A DNA stretch of 64,000 nt from Octopus vulgaris (GCA_951406725.2 OX597821.1:68138001-68202000); one strand, 5' to 3'; counted from the stretch's first letter, positions 21,900-36,474 are shown. Notes: generated by a model from the sequence alone, not told the origin. Made by a program: numbers and translations.

Positions 21900-22175
21900 T
21901 AATTAGGGTTCAGTAAAATAATTTACTTTACCACACACCGATCTTTTAGAAATAGTAGCCAAAAAATCTTAGCTATTTCTTATAGTAGAAGAAATAGCTA
22001 AGACTTTTTGGCTACCATTTCTAAAAGTTCGGTGTGTGGTAAAGTAAATTATTTTACTGAACCCTAATTATATAACTTAATGTTTTAAATATACCGTAAA
22101 TGGTCTTTTTACATACTGAACACTACTTGGTAAAATTAATTAATAATTAATTAATTTTACCCTTTTATTATTGAT

Positions 22176-22176
<1 letters not shown>
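21900..22176 (+). repeat. Palindrome (~82-bp arms) + tail ending in (TA)n
   Basis: TAATTAGGGTTCAG at 21900 pairs with CTGAACCCTAATTA ending at 22070; short central loop. Confidence 0.85.
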
Positions 22177-22234
<58 letters not shown>

Positions 22235-22299
22235 AATAAAATAAGACAACAAAGCCAAGGTTGTGTGGAGTTTTCAGGACATTTATAAAGAGAAAGTTA

Positions 22300-22347
22300 G
22301 TCTTACTGCAGTTTCTAGAATATTAAGGATGTCCCTTCATCAGAGAC
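22300..22347 (-). ncRNA. Type I hammerhead motif
   Basis: GTCT-CTGATGA-AGGGACAT..ATATTCTA-GAAAC-TGCA-GTA-AGAC; palindromic stem III; weak stem II. Confidence 0.7.
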
Positions 22348-23855
22348 AATGTGAAATGGTTAAATAGAGGGAAATATTAGAGTTCAGTATAGGAATTATT
22401 TTGGAAAAGGAAGCAAATAAGGAGTATATAGGGAAATAGGAGAATGAATGTAGAAATAAAAATAAAAATGTATAAAGATGTTATAGTTTCAGTTCCATTA
22501 TCCAAGAAAAGTGGTGCGTAGAAGAGGTAAAAATGCTTCTTGTTCGCGGTATGTAAATTCCAATAGGAGTTCATATTTTGTCGTTACAAATGGAAAATGT
22601 GGAGACGAAAATTCCATGTGCTGTTCATTCAAAGGAGTCTTGTGGTGTGAATGAATATTTGAGAATGTAGTGGTAATATTAAGTGGATGGAGAAGGGAGA
22701 AGAGATGTGTATGTTAAATTGAAGTGAGAGGGGTCAAAGGAAAAGGTGAGAAACGAAGAAGGACAGAAAGAGTAAGAGAAACTAAAAACAAGATGAAAAA
22801 AGAAAAGTGTGAGAAAATATGAAAAAGATAGTGTTGGTGGTCGAGATATTAAGAGGGGGTGGAAAATGAGTAGGGGAGGGGTATGAAGAGACAAGAATTA
22901 AGTAATGAATATGTGTGAGGTGGGGTGATGTGTTAGAATAGTGTTAGGGGATGGGTACAGAAAAAGGTGTAGGCGCTGGTGTTCTAAAGTGAGTAGTAAG
23001 CCACAAAACGGAAGGGAAGAATGGTAAAGATGGTCAAGTTTCTATAAATAGACTTAAGTGTTTAGTCTACTGGCTAATGTGATAGTGTGGATGAAGAAAT
23101 CAGAGAGAAAGAAAGAAGTGTATATTGATATACGCACGCACACGTGTGCATATGTGTGTGAGTATGCATTATTATATAGGCTTGCGTGTTTGTGTATTTT
23201 AACCTGTATGCATGCATATATATACACATACACATATCCATTCTCACCATTCTAACATATCACCTCACCATTCTAACATATCACCCCACCTCACACACCT
23301 CACACATATTCATTACTTTCATTCATATCTCTTCCTACCCTCCCCTACTCCTCTCCCATCCCCATCTTAATATTTTGACCACCACTAACACACCTTTTTC
23401 ATTTTTCTTACACTTTTTCATTTTTTTCTTCTTGCTTTCATTTTCACTCCATCTTACTTTTCTTCTTCGTTTTTCACATTATCCTTTGACTTCTCTCTTC
23501 ATTTTAACATACACATCTCTTCTCCCCTCTCTATCCACTTAATACTACCACTTCAATCTGAGATATTCATTCCCACCACAAGACTCCTTTGAATGAACAG
23601 TACATGGAATCTACGTCTGCACACTTTCCATTTGTGATGACAAAATATGAACTCCTATTAAAATTTACATACCATGGACAGGAAGCATTTATTCCACTTC
23701 TACACACTACCTTGCTGCAACTATAACTTCTTGATACATTTATAATTTTAATTTTACATTCATTCTATTTCCTATATACTCCTTATTTGATTCCTTTTCA
23801 AAAATAATTCCAATATTGAACTCTAATATTTCCCTCTATTTAACCATCTCACATC

Positions 23856-23903
23856 GTCTTTGATGAATGGAAATCCCTGATATCCCAGAAACAGATGTAA
23901 GAC
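23856..23903 (+). ncRNA. Type I hammerhead motif (C3U, decayed)
   Basis: GTCT-TTGATGA-ATGG..CCCA-GAAAC-AGAT-GTA-AGAC. Confidence 0.6.
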
Positions 23904-24109
23904 TAACTTTCTCTTTATAAATATCCTGAAAACTCCACTCAGCCTTGGCTTTGTTGACTTATTTTATTTAACATATACATGCTCATACAAGACCTGCATT
24001 AGACTCCTCACTCGTATCATTATCGAACCGAGAGTTTAACTACGGTCCTTCCATAGCACTTACATAACGTTACCTGCCACCTTGGTTCTTCTGGATAGGA
24101 ATACAACTC

Positions 24110-24140
<31 letters not shown>

Positions 24141-24253
24141 CGTGTCTCTGTGTGTATATATGCATGTAAATGTGTATGTATACATGTATGTATGTATATA
24201 TGCATGTATGTATATATGCATGCATGTATCCACACATACACAACGCGCCCCCC

Positions 24254-24311
<58 letters not shown>

Positions 24312-24324
24312 CTGACAGACAGAC

Positions 24325-24393
<69 letters not shown>

Positions 24394-24454
24394 TGCATAT
24401 ATACATATAGGTATATATATTGTATATTTATATACATGTGTGCATATACATATG

Positions 24455-24506
<52 letters not shown>

Positions 24507-25269
24507 GTATGTATTTATATATTTGTATGCACATTGTCTCTCTGAACACACATACGAATGTACCGAAGCGTGGTGGCGGTCGTGTTGCTTAAGCTAAATA
24601 TTGGTGTGTAGACGACCACTGATGATATTTCTTATCTGCTAAAATCTCGAAGGAGTTAAGAGGGATAAAGATTAAAGTGGTGAAAGCCATGTTTAAGAAG
24701 GAGAAAGCTCTGTGAGAGACAAGTTGATAAAATGTCGACTAATGGCCTTTCCATTTCAAACTTTCAATACCCATGATACAGGGAATTATATGTTTCTAAG
24801 CAAATACAGTTGTGTTGGGAAAGAGAGCAGGTGAGAAGAAGAAGAGAAGATGTAGTCAAGATTATATGTGCTATGTTCGTTTGTGTATTTTCTTAAGTAA
24901 CGCCTTTTACTTTAGACTAATGTTTTACAAACATATGTCTATGCGATTTTGAATTCATTATTTCTGCGTGTGTGTGTGTTTGTGAGTATGCATGTGTGTG
25001 TGTTTGTGTGCGCGTGTGTGTGTTCGTGAGTATGCATATGAGTGTGTGTGTGTATGTGGGTCTATGAGTTGTGTTGTATATGCTTGTATAATGAGAGAGA
25101 TTGTGTGATTTGGGTAGTGTTTGTAGTAATGTGTTAGAACTTAAATGTTAGAGCGTTTAACAACACCTCATTCTTAAGTATACACACACACACACTTACA
25201 CATATACATATATATATGTAAATATGTATGCATGTATATATGTATGTATAGATATAAATATATTATACA

Positions 25270-25352
<83 letters not shown>

Positions 25353-26149
25353 ATATGTATGTATAGATATAAATATATATTATATATATATATATATAAA
25401 TGTATATATGTATGTATAGATATAAATATATATTATATATAAATATATATACATATATATATATGTGTGTGTGTGTGTGCGTGTGTGTGTGTGTGTGTGT
25501 ATAATGTAAGTATATATTTTATATGATATATGAGTGTGTGTGTGTTTGTGTGCGATATGTGAGTGTATATGTGGAAGTAGATAAGCAATAATACTTTATG
25601 TGCATATCCGTAAACATGCACGTGAGTGCACCAAAGTAAGCATTTCATTTGGATGCATATTGCATACGCATATATTGACGTACGACCAATACACACACAT
25701 TTAGACATACAGACATACAAATTCACTCACAAACACACACACACACGCATACACACGCATACACGGACCTCCACACGCTCAGAGACCTCCCTTACCCACC
25801 CCCATACACACATAGATTTAGCTCTCATACGCATTGAATATCATGTGATGAGCATGCATGTGTTAAATCGTGCAGAGATATTGAAAGATATGCGAAGATA
25901 TAAGGAGCAGAAATATCAGATAAACCACTTTATATATAAACAAGGTACCCGCTCCTTTTATATAAACACGCTCTAATACGTTTATAAATTTGAATAAACA
26001 TGTTACTTATATTCATATTTACATTATTGTAAATGCATGCCTGAAGTTTTTCATTTCTTCCGAACTGTATGTAGCCTAACTAGCTGTTCAACGAAATGCA
26101 TAACCAGCGAAATCTTTATACAAAGGTGCGGGCATGGTTGCGTGGGAAG

Positions 26150-26800
26150 AAGTTGGCAGAAACGTTAGCATGCCGGGCGAAATGCTTAGCGGTATTTCGT
26201 CTGTCGTTACGTTTTGAGTTCAAATTTCGCTGAGATCGACTTTGCCTTTCATCCTTTCGGGGTCGATTAAATGAGTACCAGTTACGCACTGGGGTCGATG
26301 TAATCGACTTAATCCATTTTCTCTGTCCTTGTTTCTCCTCACTGTGTGTAGCCCCTTGTGGGCAGTAAAGAAATGGGTATTTCGTTTGCTATTACGTTCT
26401 GAGTTTAAATTCCGCCGAGGTCGACTTTGTCTTTCATCCTTTCGGGGTCGATAAATTGAGTACCAGTTACGCACTGGAGTCGATGTAATCGGCTTAATCC
26501 GTTTGTCTGTCTTTGTTTGTCCTCTCTATGTGTAGCCCCTAGTGGGCAGTAAAAAACTAAAAAACGTTAGCAAGAGCTGGCAGAAACGTTAGCACGCCGG
26601 GCGAAATGCGTAGCAGTATTTCGTCTGCTGTTACGTTCTGAGTTCAAATTCCACCGAGGTCGACTTTGCCTTTCATCCTTTCAGGGTCGATAAGTTAAGT
26701 ACCACTTACGCACTGGGTTCAATGTAGTTGACTTAATCCGTTTGTCTGTCCTTGTTTGTCCCGTCTCTGTTTAGCCCCTTGTGGGCAATGAAGAAATAAG
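26150..26800 (+). mobile_element. Family A SINE tandem cluster
   Basis: Three units of the 4862-5372 sequence. Confidence 0.88.
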
Positions 26801-26893
26801 AAGTTGATTTCTCAACCACACTATTTTGAGTTCCATTGCACAACATCGCACATTGGGCAGGTATTTTCTATTATAGCCTCGGGCTGATCAAAG

Positions 26894-26924
<31 letters not shown>

Positions 26925-26982
26925 AGAAAATGGAGATACGTCAATTAATAAGTATATTTATTAACTTCCAAAAGAAGGTGAT

Positions 26983-27062
26983 CTCTAACAGCTGTTTCGA
27001 TTCTTACTTTAAAGAATATAATTGTAATAAATCATTTTATAAAGCAGAATCTCGTCAGAGGC
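26983..27062 (-). ncRNA. Type I hammerhead motif near (TA)n
   Basis: CT-CTGACGA-GATTCT.CTTTA...TAAAGT.AGAATC-GAAAC-AGCT-GTT-AG; palindromic stem III. Confidence 0.7.
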
Positions 27063-27195
27063 AGAAAAAAATAGATACACCAGTATGTTATTAGTTGTTA
27101 AATGACCGGGACGCAAACACACCAACATCGGTTGTCAAGCGATGGAGGTGGGGACAAACACAGATACAAACAACAAACACACACACACACACACA

Positions 27196-27233
<38 letters not shown>

Positions 27234-27239
<6 letters not shown>

Positions 27240-27865
27240 CATAAAAGTATCGTGTACATTAGAACACATTAAGAGGCTTCCAAATGGGAAAGCCTTGTGC
27301 TAGAAAGAGCAGTAGAAAACTCAAACCACTAATTATGGATAAATACTCGAAAGGATTGAAAATTAAAAACGTTTACCATCTAATTTATGTTTAATTTACT
27401 ATGTAATTTATGTTTAAATATTTTTTGATAGATTTCTTCGAAATTTTACCGGCATCCTCTCTGTCGCCGGAAATAAACTGCATCGACGCGGTTGTTTTGA
27501 AAAATTAGGATATACAGGCAACTAGTTTACATGCGAATCTAGTTGTGTGTATATTTGAAATCTGAAGGCTCCCTACTGACGAAAACTAGCCTTAGTAAAT
27601 ATTTTTTTACTGGAATGAGTTGGAAACTATGATCTAGGAACTAAATTAGATGGTAAACGTTTTTAATTTTCAATCCTTTCGAGAATTTATCCATAATTAG
27701 TGGTTTGAGTTTTCTAGTGCTCTTTCTAGCACAAGGTTTTCCTATTTGGAAGCTTCTTAATGTTTTCTAATGTACACGATACTTTTATGTGAATAATATA
27801 TAGTTTATTATATAGGCCACTGGTAATAATAATTTCTATAATTCTTATTACCCTAATATTATTTA

Positions 27866-27870
<5 letters not shown>
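27234..27870 (+). mobile_element. Penelope-type fold-back cassette (154-bp arms, spacer with decayed hammerhead, tail) between (TA)n tracts
   Basis: 27234-27387 is the reverse complement of 27642-27795; CCTA-CTGACGA...GAAAC-TATGATC-TAGG at 27572-27638. Confidence 0.8.
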
Positions 27871-27911
<41 letters not shown>

Positions 27912-29072
27912 GACGGGCTTCTTTCGGTTTTCGTCTACCAAATCCACTCACAATGCTTTGGTCGGCCCTATGCTATAGTAGAAGGCGCTTGCCCAAGTTG
28001 CCATGAAGTGGAACTGAACCCGGAACCATGTAGTTGGGAAGCAAGTTTCTTACCACACAGCCACTACTGCGCCTATTTAATAACCCATATGTAAAATTCT
28101 ATGCAGTAATTATATGCGAATTTTTTTTATAAATATGTAATTGTATGATTAATAAATTACCTATATTCATACGCAGAAATACGCATTTATATGCTACGGG
28201 TGAAAGGAAAAACGAAAGAAAGAGGCACACAATACATTTGATAGAGTTATATATGTAACTCGAATCAAAGTTTGATTCAGCCGTATGCTACTTGAAGTTT
28301 CGTCCACTCCTTACAGGAACCTACCACGTGGAATTCAGGTAGTCGAATGGAGGGGTGCACGAGGTCCAAGATTGCTACTGAAAAACTGAGCTACTGTTTG
28401 TCAAGGAAGGTAACATGGAGTTATTAGAGATGGAATTGAAATTTTCAGTGACATTGAATCTATTAAAATCTATTAAATTTCTTAGATCACGTAGCTGGAT
28501 ACGAAGGTCGTGGCGATGTGCTTAACCCTAAGCAGTCGGGTAAGAGCCTCCGACGACCATTAATCAAATGCGAAATCACTGGTGATCTGGCTATGCCCCG
28601 GATGCTTAGGGTGCATGCCTCCGTTGTCAGTCATAAGATAAGTACTTTATCGTGGCTATGAGTTGTTTTGACTTATTTTTAGCAATACTGGTCCTAACTA
28701 GTAACCTTAGTCACTTTATACATACATACATACATACATACATACATACATACATACATACATACATACATACATACATACATACATACATGTTGTTTTT
28801 GTCCTGTTATTATTATTATTGTTTTTTGTATTTATATTCGTATTACATTTTGTTTTTTTGTATTTATATTCGTGTGGCATCGTCCGTTTTTCTGTCCCTG
28901 TTTCGTATACATTCGATCCTTTTCCCAAGAAATCTAATGCTCGTAGCTTAGTTTTTCCTTGGGGCTGGCCGGATCGGAGCGATCTCAAGATTAATCAGCC
29001 GAAATTGCGAGGATGATCCGGTTCTTGACTGAAGATTAGAGGCTTCGAATGTTTTGCGTTCTTGTCCCATGT

Positions 29073-29127
<55 letters not shown>

Positions 29128-29154
29128 GTATGTATGTATATGTATGTGTATGTA

Positions 29155-29206
<52 letters not shown>

Positions 29207-30020
29207 AAACTACACCTCTGATCTTTGTACTGTATTATGCTGGTAAGTTACTCTTTTTCAATAACAAAAACGACCTTCTTTTGTTTATAAAGTAGAACGT
29301 GGATATTAATGGAAATCCTACTCCCACCTCATATTGTTATATCTTACTTCTGTAATGACCCTCAACCTGTACAGTGCTAAAAAAAAAGGTGATGGTAATC
29401 CGATGATCAACACTCATATCAACATCTCTGGACATGGTCTTCTTAACGCATTCTACGACACATATCCAGTGCTTCCAGCAAATCTTCTTCAGAAAGCATA
29501 TGTTGCAATTTTCGTTTCTTTTGGGAAGCAGAGTTATGTCAATATCCTCTGTACGTTCCTCTGGATGAACTTGTGCGTTTACGCAATTTATTATATGCTA
29601 AGGTTTCAGAACATTGCATTCTAACGATATTGTCAACTGAAATGGAAGACAAAGTTGATTACTTCAGACTTCATCCAAGTTTCTATCTCCTTTTAATGCA
29701 GTTTATTAGAAAAGTAAAGCAGAATGATATTTATTTTTTATTATTCCAATTTTAATTTCTCGTAGATTCTCAAGATTCTATCCAAAATGTTTCTGAGTGA
29801 AAAAAGGGAGTAATATATGTAAATACAATAACAGAGATAAAGAAATAGGGAGAAAATAAATATAGAGAAAAAAAAAAGAAATATAAAATAAGATAGAATG
29901 TAACAGAGGAAAACAAAATGTTTATTTTACGAAATCTCTTTTCTGGAACAAAAGTAGTGAAGTGAGGGAAGATGAGAGAAAGAAGGAGAAAGAAATTAGC
30001 AGAGATGTGTGTATGTGTGT

Positions 30021-30111
<91 letters not shown>

Positions 30112-30261
30112 CGTGTGTGGATAAGTGACAAAGGAAGAGACAAAATTTATATAAAAAGATAAGAGAGAAAGATGAAGTATTTCTCCGTTTCCATAATTTT
30201 TCATGAGTGTACATAATGTATGAAATATATGTAAGTATGTATGAACTTAAATATCTACCAA

Positions 30262-31219
30262 TCTCCTAGACACACTTTCCAGCAACTCACAGATACAGAA
30301 AAATACTTAATAGGCGTTCTGTGAAATTATCATATAGCTGCTACTCCAGTATGAACTGTATCATTACACGTAGTCAATACCAAGAGCCTGAATCCTGTTG
30401 CAACTGCCGCGACCCAGGATCCTGTCTACTTGACAAACCTTGTATGACTAAATCTATCATATATGAAACAGATGTTACTGCAACCCTGAATAATAATACA
30501 AATGATAAGGAGACCTATATTGGATTATGTGAAAGTGAATTTAAAAATCGCTTGGCCAATCACATAGCCTCCTTCCAACATAGGGACAAAAGTAAAGCTA
30601 CGAAGGTGGTTAGCTACGTATGGACTTTGAAAGATAACGAAATTCCGCATGTGATTAAATGGAAAGTAATTGAAAAATCCATACCTTATGTGAATACACT
30701 GAATAAATGTAGACTTTGGCTAAAGAGCACAAATCGTGTTCAGACCTAAGGCCCTTAGATCTCTATTGAACTCTAGGTCAGAAATTTTCAACGGTTGTAT
30801 GTGTATGTATAGATATATTTTGTAGAATTAAAAAATTCTGCGTATGCCTGACTGATAGCTTTTCATTTAAGGTCTAAGGAGAATAGCTCTTTTACCATTT
30901 TATTTTTTAATTTTACTTTTAATTTTACATTTTAGTTTCTGTTTTTCCGTTTTCCGTTTTTCGTTTTCCGTTGTTTACTGTCTACATTTTCTATATGCTA
31001 CTTTCTCAGTTCTTTTCGCGTTTCTTCTACTATTCAATTTCTTTAGTTTGTTATAATATGTGGTTTGCACCTGAAGAATATGTTTGAGTTTTCTCAACAT
31101 ATGAAACTACTAGTAGCGCTTTAATACATGTACTGTGACCTTTAAATAAATATTATTTATCTCTCACCAAATGGAGCACTTTTTTGTTGAATTTTTTATC
31201 ACGGTTCAGTACACTATGT

Positions 31220-31222
<3 letters not shown>
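30262..31222 (+). mobile_element. Penelope-like element 3' fragment (Neptune-type GIY-YIG endonuclease remnant + 3' UTR)
   Basis: HFPATHRYRKILNRRSVKLSYSC, CNCR..C....C, SIIYE...YIGLCESEFKNRLANH, KWKVI, CRL; ends at (TG/TA)n. Confidence 0.9.
31067..31119 (+). ncRNA. Type I hammerhead downstream of GIY-YIG ORF
   Basis: GCAC-CTGAAGA-ATATGTT(T)GAG/CTCAACATAT-GAAAC-TACTA-GTA-GCGC. Confidence 0.8.
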
Positions 31223-31271
<49 letters not shown>

Positions 31272-31275
<4 letters not shown>

Positions 31276-31550
31276 GAGACCCCCTTCAGTCATGAATGAC
31301 CATGGGATTGCACCTACAAAGTTACCTTCCGAGGCACAAGTCCGGGCAAGTTTATTTCTAAGGGAAAAGCAAGGCCGATACAGTTTGGTACCAGTGATGT
31401 CGCAACTCATTTCTAAAGCTGAGTTAACTGAAACAACATGAAATAAAGTGTCTTGCTCAAGAACACAACACGAACCCCGGGCCGGGAATCGAACTCACAA
31501 CCTCACGATCGTAATCGCGACGCTCTAACCACTGAGCTATGCGCCTCCAC
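31272..31550 (-). mobile_element. tRNA-derived SINE (family C); other copies at about 14500-14655, 36705-36980, 47700-47775 and 50855-50962
   Basis: Head GTGGAGGCGCATAGCTCAGTGGTTAGAGCG...GAGTTCGATTCC (A and B boxes), then CORE-like TTCTTGAGCAAGACACTTT. Confidence 0.85.
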
Positions 31551-31582
<32 letters not shown>

Positions 31583-31596
31583 TATATCTTCATCTG

Positions 31597-31984
<388 letters not shown>

Positions 31985-32862
31985 CACGCGCGGATACATA
32001 CATTCGTAAATTTACGTTTGTCCCCATAATTATCGCTACCCTTATTTAGCTATATTACTAATAATCTATGAGGAAACCTCTAAAAGCTGTTTTTTAATTT
32101 TTTCAAAGCAAAGGTAACTTCCGCTTACAGTAAACTGTAAGCGGAAGAATATAAACATACAACAGCTTCCTGAAATGTCTTACGTAACTTTAGATTTAGT
32201 GAATGCAACAAGTTACTTCCATTTAAATTCCTGCAGTGTAACTTTGTTCCATTGTTAAAAATCAGCTCCTTCTTTACAAAGTGCACTGAAAGAGAGATTA
32301 TTGCAATTATGATTAAAATTAACGATTAAAGTTAAGTGTCTTTTTTTTAAAGTTTATTTAAGGATTAACTATAAATTTTCCATTATATTTGTATGCGTTG
32401 ATTTTATTTTTAAAACAATTTTTGTGGGTATTTCTTAATTTCCCTACGGTAAATATTTTTAGTTCAAATTCCGAAGTTATTTTCCTTCTTAAGCAAAAGT
32501 CGAATACAGATTATAATTCTGTAGTCAATCAGCTTTGTATATCTGACATCATAAATATCGTCATAGTTTAAATAGCTTACAGAGAGCATACATACGCAAT
32601 ATTATATGTAGAGAGAGAAGATTGATAGTTTCATATCTCATATTCAGCGGATCGATAATCGTTTAAGTTTTTTTTTTTATTGAAGCATAGTTTTGTGTAT
32701 ATGTGTGTGTGGCGGGAGGGGGTGTCAGTGCTGCAAAATACTTTCTCGGAATATAGTTTCTATATTATTATAAATATATTATGTTTAAATTCCGCCGAAT
32801 CGGATTAATGTAATCAGTTGCCTCTCTTCCGAAATTGCTGGCCATGTGCCAAAGTTTGAAAC

Positions 32863-32909
<47 letters not shown>

Positions 32910-32923
32910 TTATTATTATTATT

Positions 32924-33480
32924 GAGTGAGAGAGCAGTTCATGCCATCAAAGTGACACTGGGGTAAAATATACGAAGCCCAATATACCCATCATGACTAC
33001 CCGTCTGATAAAGGTACACCAGGCACATGCATCACAACCATATGTGCGCGACATGGTGATCTCATATCAAGATAAACAGCACATGACCTTGCAGGTGGGG
33101 CCCAGTTAGAATTTTCTTCAGGTTGAGTAGCCCATCCCGCTCAAACGGTCCCTGAATAAGGGTTGTTTAAGGATGTTGAAAGAACCACCTATGTTTCCAG
33201 AGGTGAATTATTCAAACTCCAAATAATCCCTCTCAACACATGGCCATGATGCTTCCCCACTACTTCTGCTCGTGATCAGAGATGCACATATCGTCAGCCA
33301 CTAAGGGACATGCTCAACTGGTTAAGGTCAAACAACTGACAAGCAAATCTGTGGTATTGAGCAGAATATTTGCTGTAGCCCATCTTTTATACCAAGACAA
33401 AACAATGTACATGATAACACTTCCAATCAGTTGAGATCAGAAGCCATGAGAGCCACTGCCTGGTACTGCATCAGGGCATT
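32924..33480 (-). mobile_element. ~555-bp non-coding element embedded in (TAA)n
   Basis: Complex sequence with sharp boundaries to (ATT)n on both sides; no ORF; strand is inferred. Confidence 0.6.
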
Positions 33481-33491
33481 TATTATTATTA

Positions 33492-33544
<53 letters not shown>

Positions 33545-33545
33545 T

Positions 33546-34135
33546 AAGGCGGCTAGCTGGCAGTACCGTTAGCACGTTGGACGAAATGCTTAGCGGTATT
33601 TTTCCTATTGCTATATTCTGAGTTAAAATTCCGCCGAGATCGACTTTGCCTTTCATCCTGAGCACTGGGGTCGATGTAATCAACTCATCCCCACTTTCCC
33701 ACAAGCTGTTCTTGTGGAAAAACTTTGAAATAAGAATTATTATTAAGGCGGCGAGCTGGCAGAAACGTTAGCACACCGGGCAAAATGCTTAGTAGTATTT
33801 CGTCTGCCGCTACGTTCTGAGTTCAAATTCTGCCGAGGTCGACTTTGCCTTTCATCCTTTCGGGGTCGATTAAATAAGTACCAGTTTCGCACTGGAGTCG
33901 ATATAATCGACTTAATCCGTTTGTCTGTCCTTGTTTGTCCTCTCTGTGTTTATCCCCTTGTGGGTAGTAAAGAAATAGGTATTCCGTCAGCTGTTACATT
34001 TTGAGTTCAAATTCCGCCGAGGTTGACTTTGCCTTTCATCCTTTCGGGAGCGATGAAATGAGTGCACTGGGGTCAATGTAATCGACTAGCCCCCTTTCCC
34101 CAAAAAAATGTTATGGCCTTGTGCCTAGAGTAGAA
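33546..34135 (+). mobile_element. Family A SINE cluster
   Basis: Same sequence as 4862-5372. Confidence 0.88.
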
Positions 34136-34159
34136 ATAATAATAATTATTATTATTATT

Positions 34160-35130
34160 TTCTCCTTATCACAGATTTTGTTGGAACTCCTGGAGTCTTC
34201 ATACATAGCTGGCTTACTACCTGCAGCCTACGGTACTATGTTATTAGTTCTTTTCAGCTATCTAATACTTCCCTGATTATCATAGCCATGCCAAGGAGGC
34301 AAACCTTTTGTAACTGTTCTACTGGGCACTCTATTCCAATTTCCTGTATATTCCTCTTGATGCCTTCTGATACTGTTCTCAAGGACCCAACAATAATTGG
34401 CACTATCTTCATCTTTATTTTCTATAGCTGGGCTATTTCGTACATAAGAGGGTTGTATCTATTTTTTCGCCTTCTTTCTTGACTATTCGTGGGTTAAATG
34501 GACATGCAACGTCAACTATATAGCAAATGTGGTGTGCCTTATCCATCACCACTGGGTCCGGTCTTTTATGTTCTAGCATCTGATTTGTTTGAATTGGGAA
34601 ATCCCAGAGGATTTTGCTAGTTTCCGACTCTGCCACTCTCTGCGGTTTGTTCTCATACCTCTCTCGAGCCCCCACTTTTTGCACAGTTTTCAATGTAGTA
34701 TCGCCACAACTTGTAGTGGTTTGGGGCAAGTGTAGGGCATTCGTTTGTGATATGAGCCACGGTTTCATCCACACTATTGCAGATGCTGCACAGCGGAGAC
34801 ACCTGCTCATTCCTCAGGTTGACCCTCCAATTCGTGCTCTGAGCTTGGTCCAGTGCTGCCAGTATAGTGCTCTCGTTCTCTTTTCTTAAGGTTCCTTTCA
34901 TCAGCCATTCCCATCTATTTTTACCAGCAACTTCTGTTGTGGCTACATGGAATTGATTGTGTAGTCCCTCCTTGCAAAATTCTTCTTCATGTCCTTCTTG
35001 CACTTCTTTTGTTTTTCCTTTTTTCTCTGCTCTCAATTCTCCCTCGTTCCTAACTGTCACTAGCAAGGTTTCCTTACTTTGGGCTAGGGATCTCATTAAG
35101 CTCTCGATGTCCGATCAGTCTCCTTCCTCC
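34160..35130 (-). mobile_element. R4/Dong-clade non-LTR 3' fragment (CCHC knuckle + restriction-like endonuclease), frameshifted
   Basis: WLMKGTLRKENESTILAALDQ, CSIC...ETVAHITNEC, ILWDFPIQT...RPD...IVDVACP...KE.EKI; (TAA)n on both sides. Confidence 0.88.
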
Positions 35131-35226
35131 ATTATTATTATTATTATTCTATGTTTGACTTTTGCTTTACATTTGTACATGTTGGCTCCAATTCTCACCC
35201 AGAGACCTCATGAGACAAGAAGTTAG

Positions 35227-35652
35227 AAGTTCATCCCAGAATTGAAGTGGTTTCATGGCAAATAATTCATCAAGGTATCTGTTTACGTCATCCAAGGAAT
35301 TGAAATTTTTGCCATTAAGACTATTCTGCAGAGACTTGAATAAGTGGAAATCCGAAGGAGCAATATCAGGTGAATATAGAAGGTAGAGTAACACATCCCA
35401 GCCGAGCTGCAGCAATTTTTGTCTGGTTCCCAAAGCATCAAGTGCCGAAAATGAACTTTTTCATCTTCCATTTTAAAGGGTTAGAGAATTAACACAGATT
35501 ATAGGAACATAACCTTCTTCCATGAAAAATAGCTTAAACTGTGCTCTAAATGGAGGTGTAGTCAAATCCTATTTTATGGACTCAACCATATTCTAAAATA
35601 AATCGAAAGTTAAGCTACTATAAATCGGCACGTACTTTCCGGACAACCCAAT
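35227..35652 (-). mobile_element. Internally deleted mariner
   Basis: TIR TATTGGGTTGTCCGGAAAGT; N-terminus MEDEKVHFRHLMLWE joined directly to C-terminus TRQKLLQLGWDVL..YSPDIAPSDFHLF. Confidence 0.85.
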
Positions 35653-36128
35653 ATATCTTTTATCGACCTGATTCAGATTCATGTATACAAAGCAATCAAG
35701 GTTTCAGAAATTATAATTAATAAGGCGGTGCTCTAGCATGGCCGCAGTAAAATGACTGAAACAAATAAAAGAATAAAAGAATACAAGAATAAGTCCTTGA
35801 TTATTTCAAGGTCGGATAAATTATAATTTATAAGTCTTTAACTGTTTCGTATTGATGAGACTCAAACGAGTCAACAAAGATATATAAGAAATTTATGAAC
35901 TCAATAGTTGAGGGGGAAAAGAAATTAAATAAATGCATAAAGCCGATATGATAAATTCGATTTCATGAAACTAAAATTTACGTCATTATCGAAAAAAGAA
36001 AAGCAAAGAATTTTGCAAGACGTTTCTCCACGTTGTAATGATAAACAACGACCGACTAAATAAGAGATTGCAAAGATATACACATATATATGTACATGAG
36101 AGTTTCGGCACCCCCACACATATACATT

Positions 36129-36187
<59 letters not shown>

Positions 36188-36195
36188 GGGAGAGT

Positions 36196-36237
<42 letters not shown>

Positions 36238-36474
36238 AGGTCACTTTTGAGTGCTACTGGTAACATGTAACCCATTACAACCTGTTGCATGGTCGGGTCG
36301 TTGGCGACTAAACCGGCAACCCCACCAAGATTGCTTGGTGAGGAGGGTGTTTATTGGACACCCTGCGGGATGAAAAACAAAACCCGTCAAAGGGCGGAGG
36401 AACCCTTGAGAGTCAACGGCCATCCAATAAATGGATATATATATATATATATATATATATAAATTTATACATAC

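Larger units (their letters stand above)
22231..23972. mobile_element. Two diverged ~700-bp Penelope-like 3' fragments in inverted, tail-outward orientation
   Basis: 22231-~22950 is the reverse complement of ~23265-23972; both arms carry a hammerhead motif; residual PLNEQ coding remnant. Confidence 0.8.

Noticed and set aside
31475-31550. tRNA gene
   Set aside because: A and B boxes are present, but it continues into a SINE body with several diverged copies in the window
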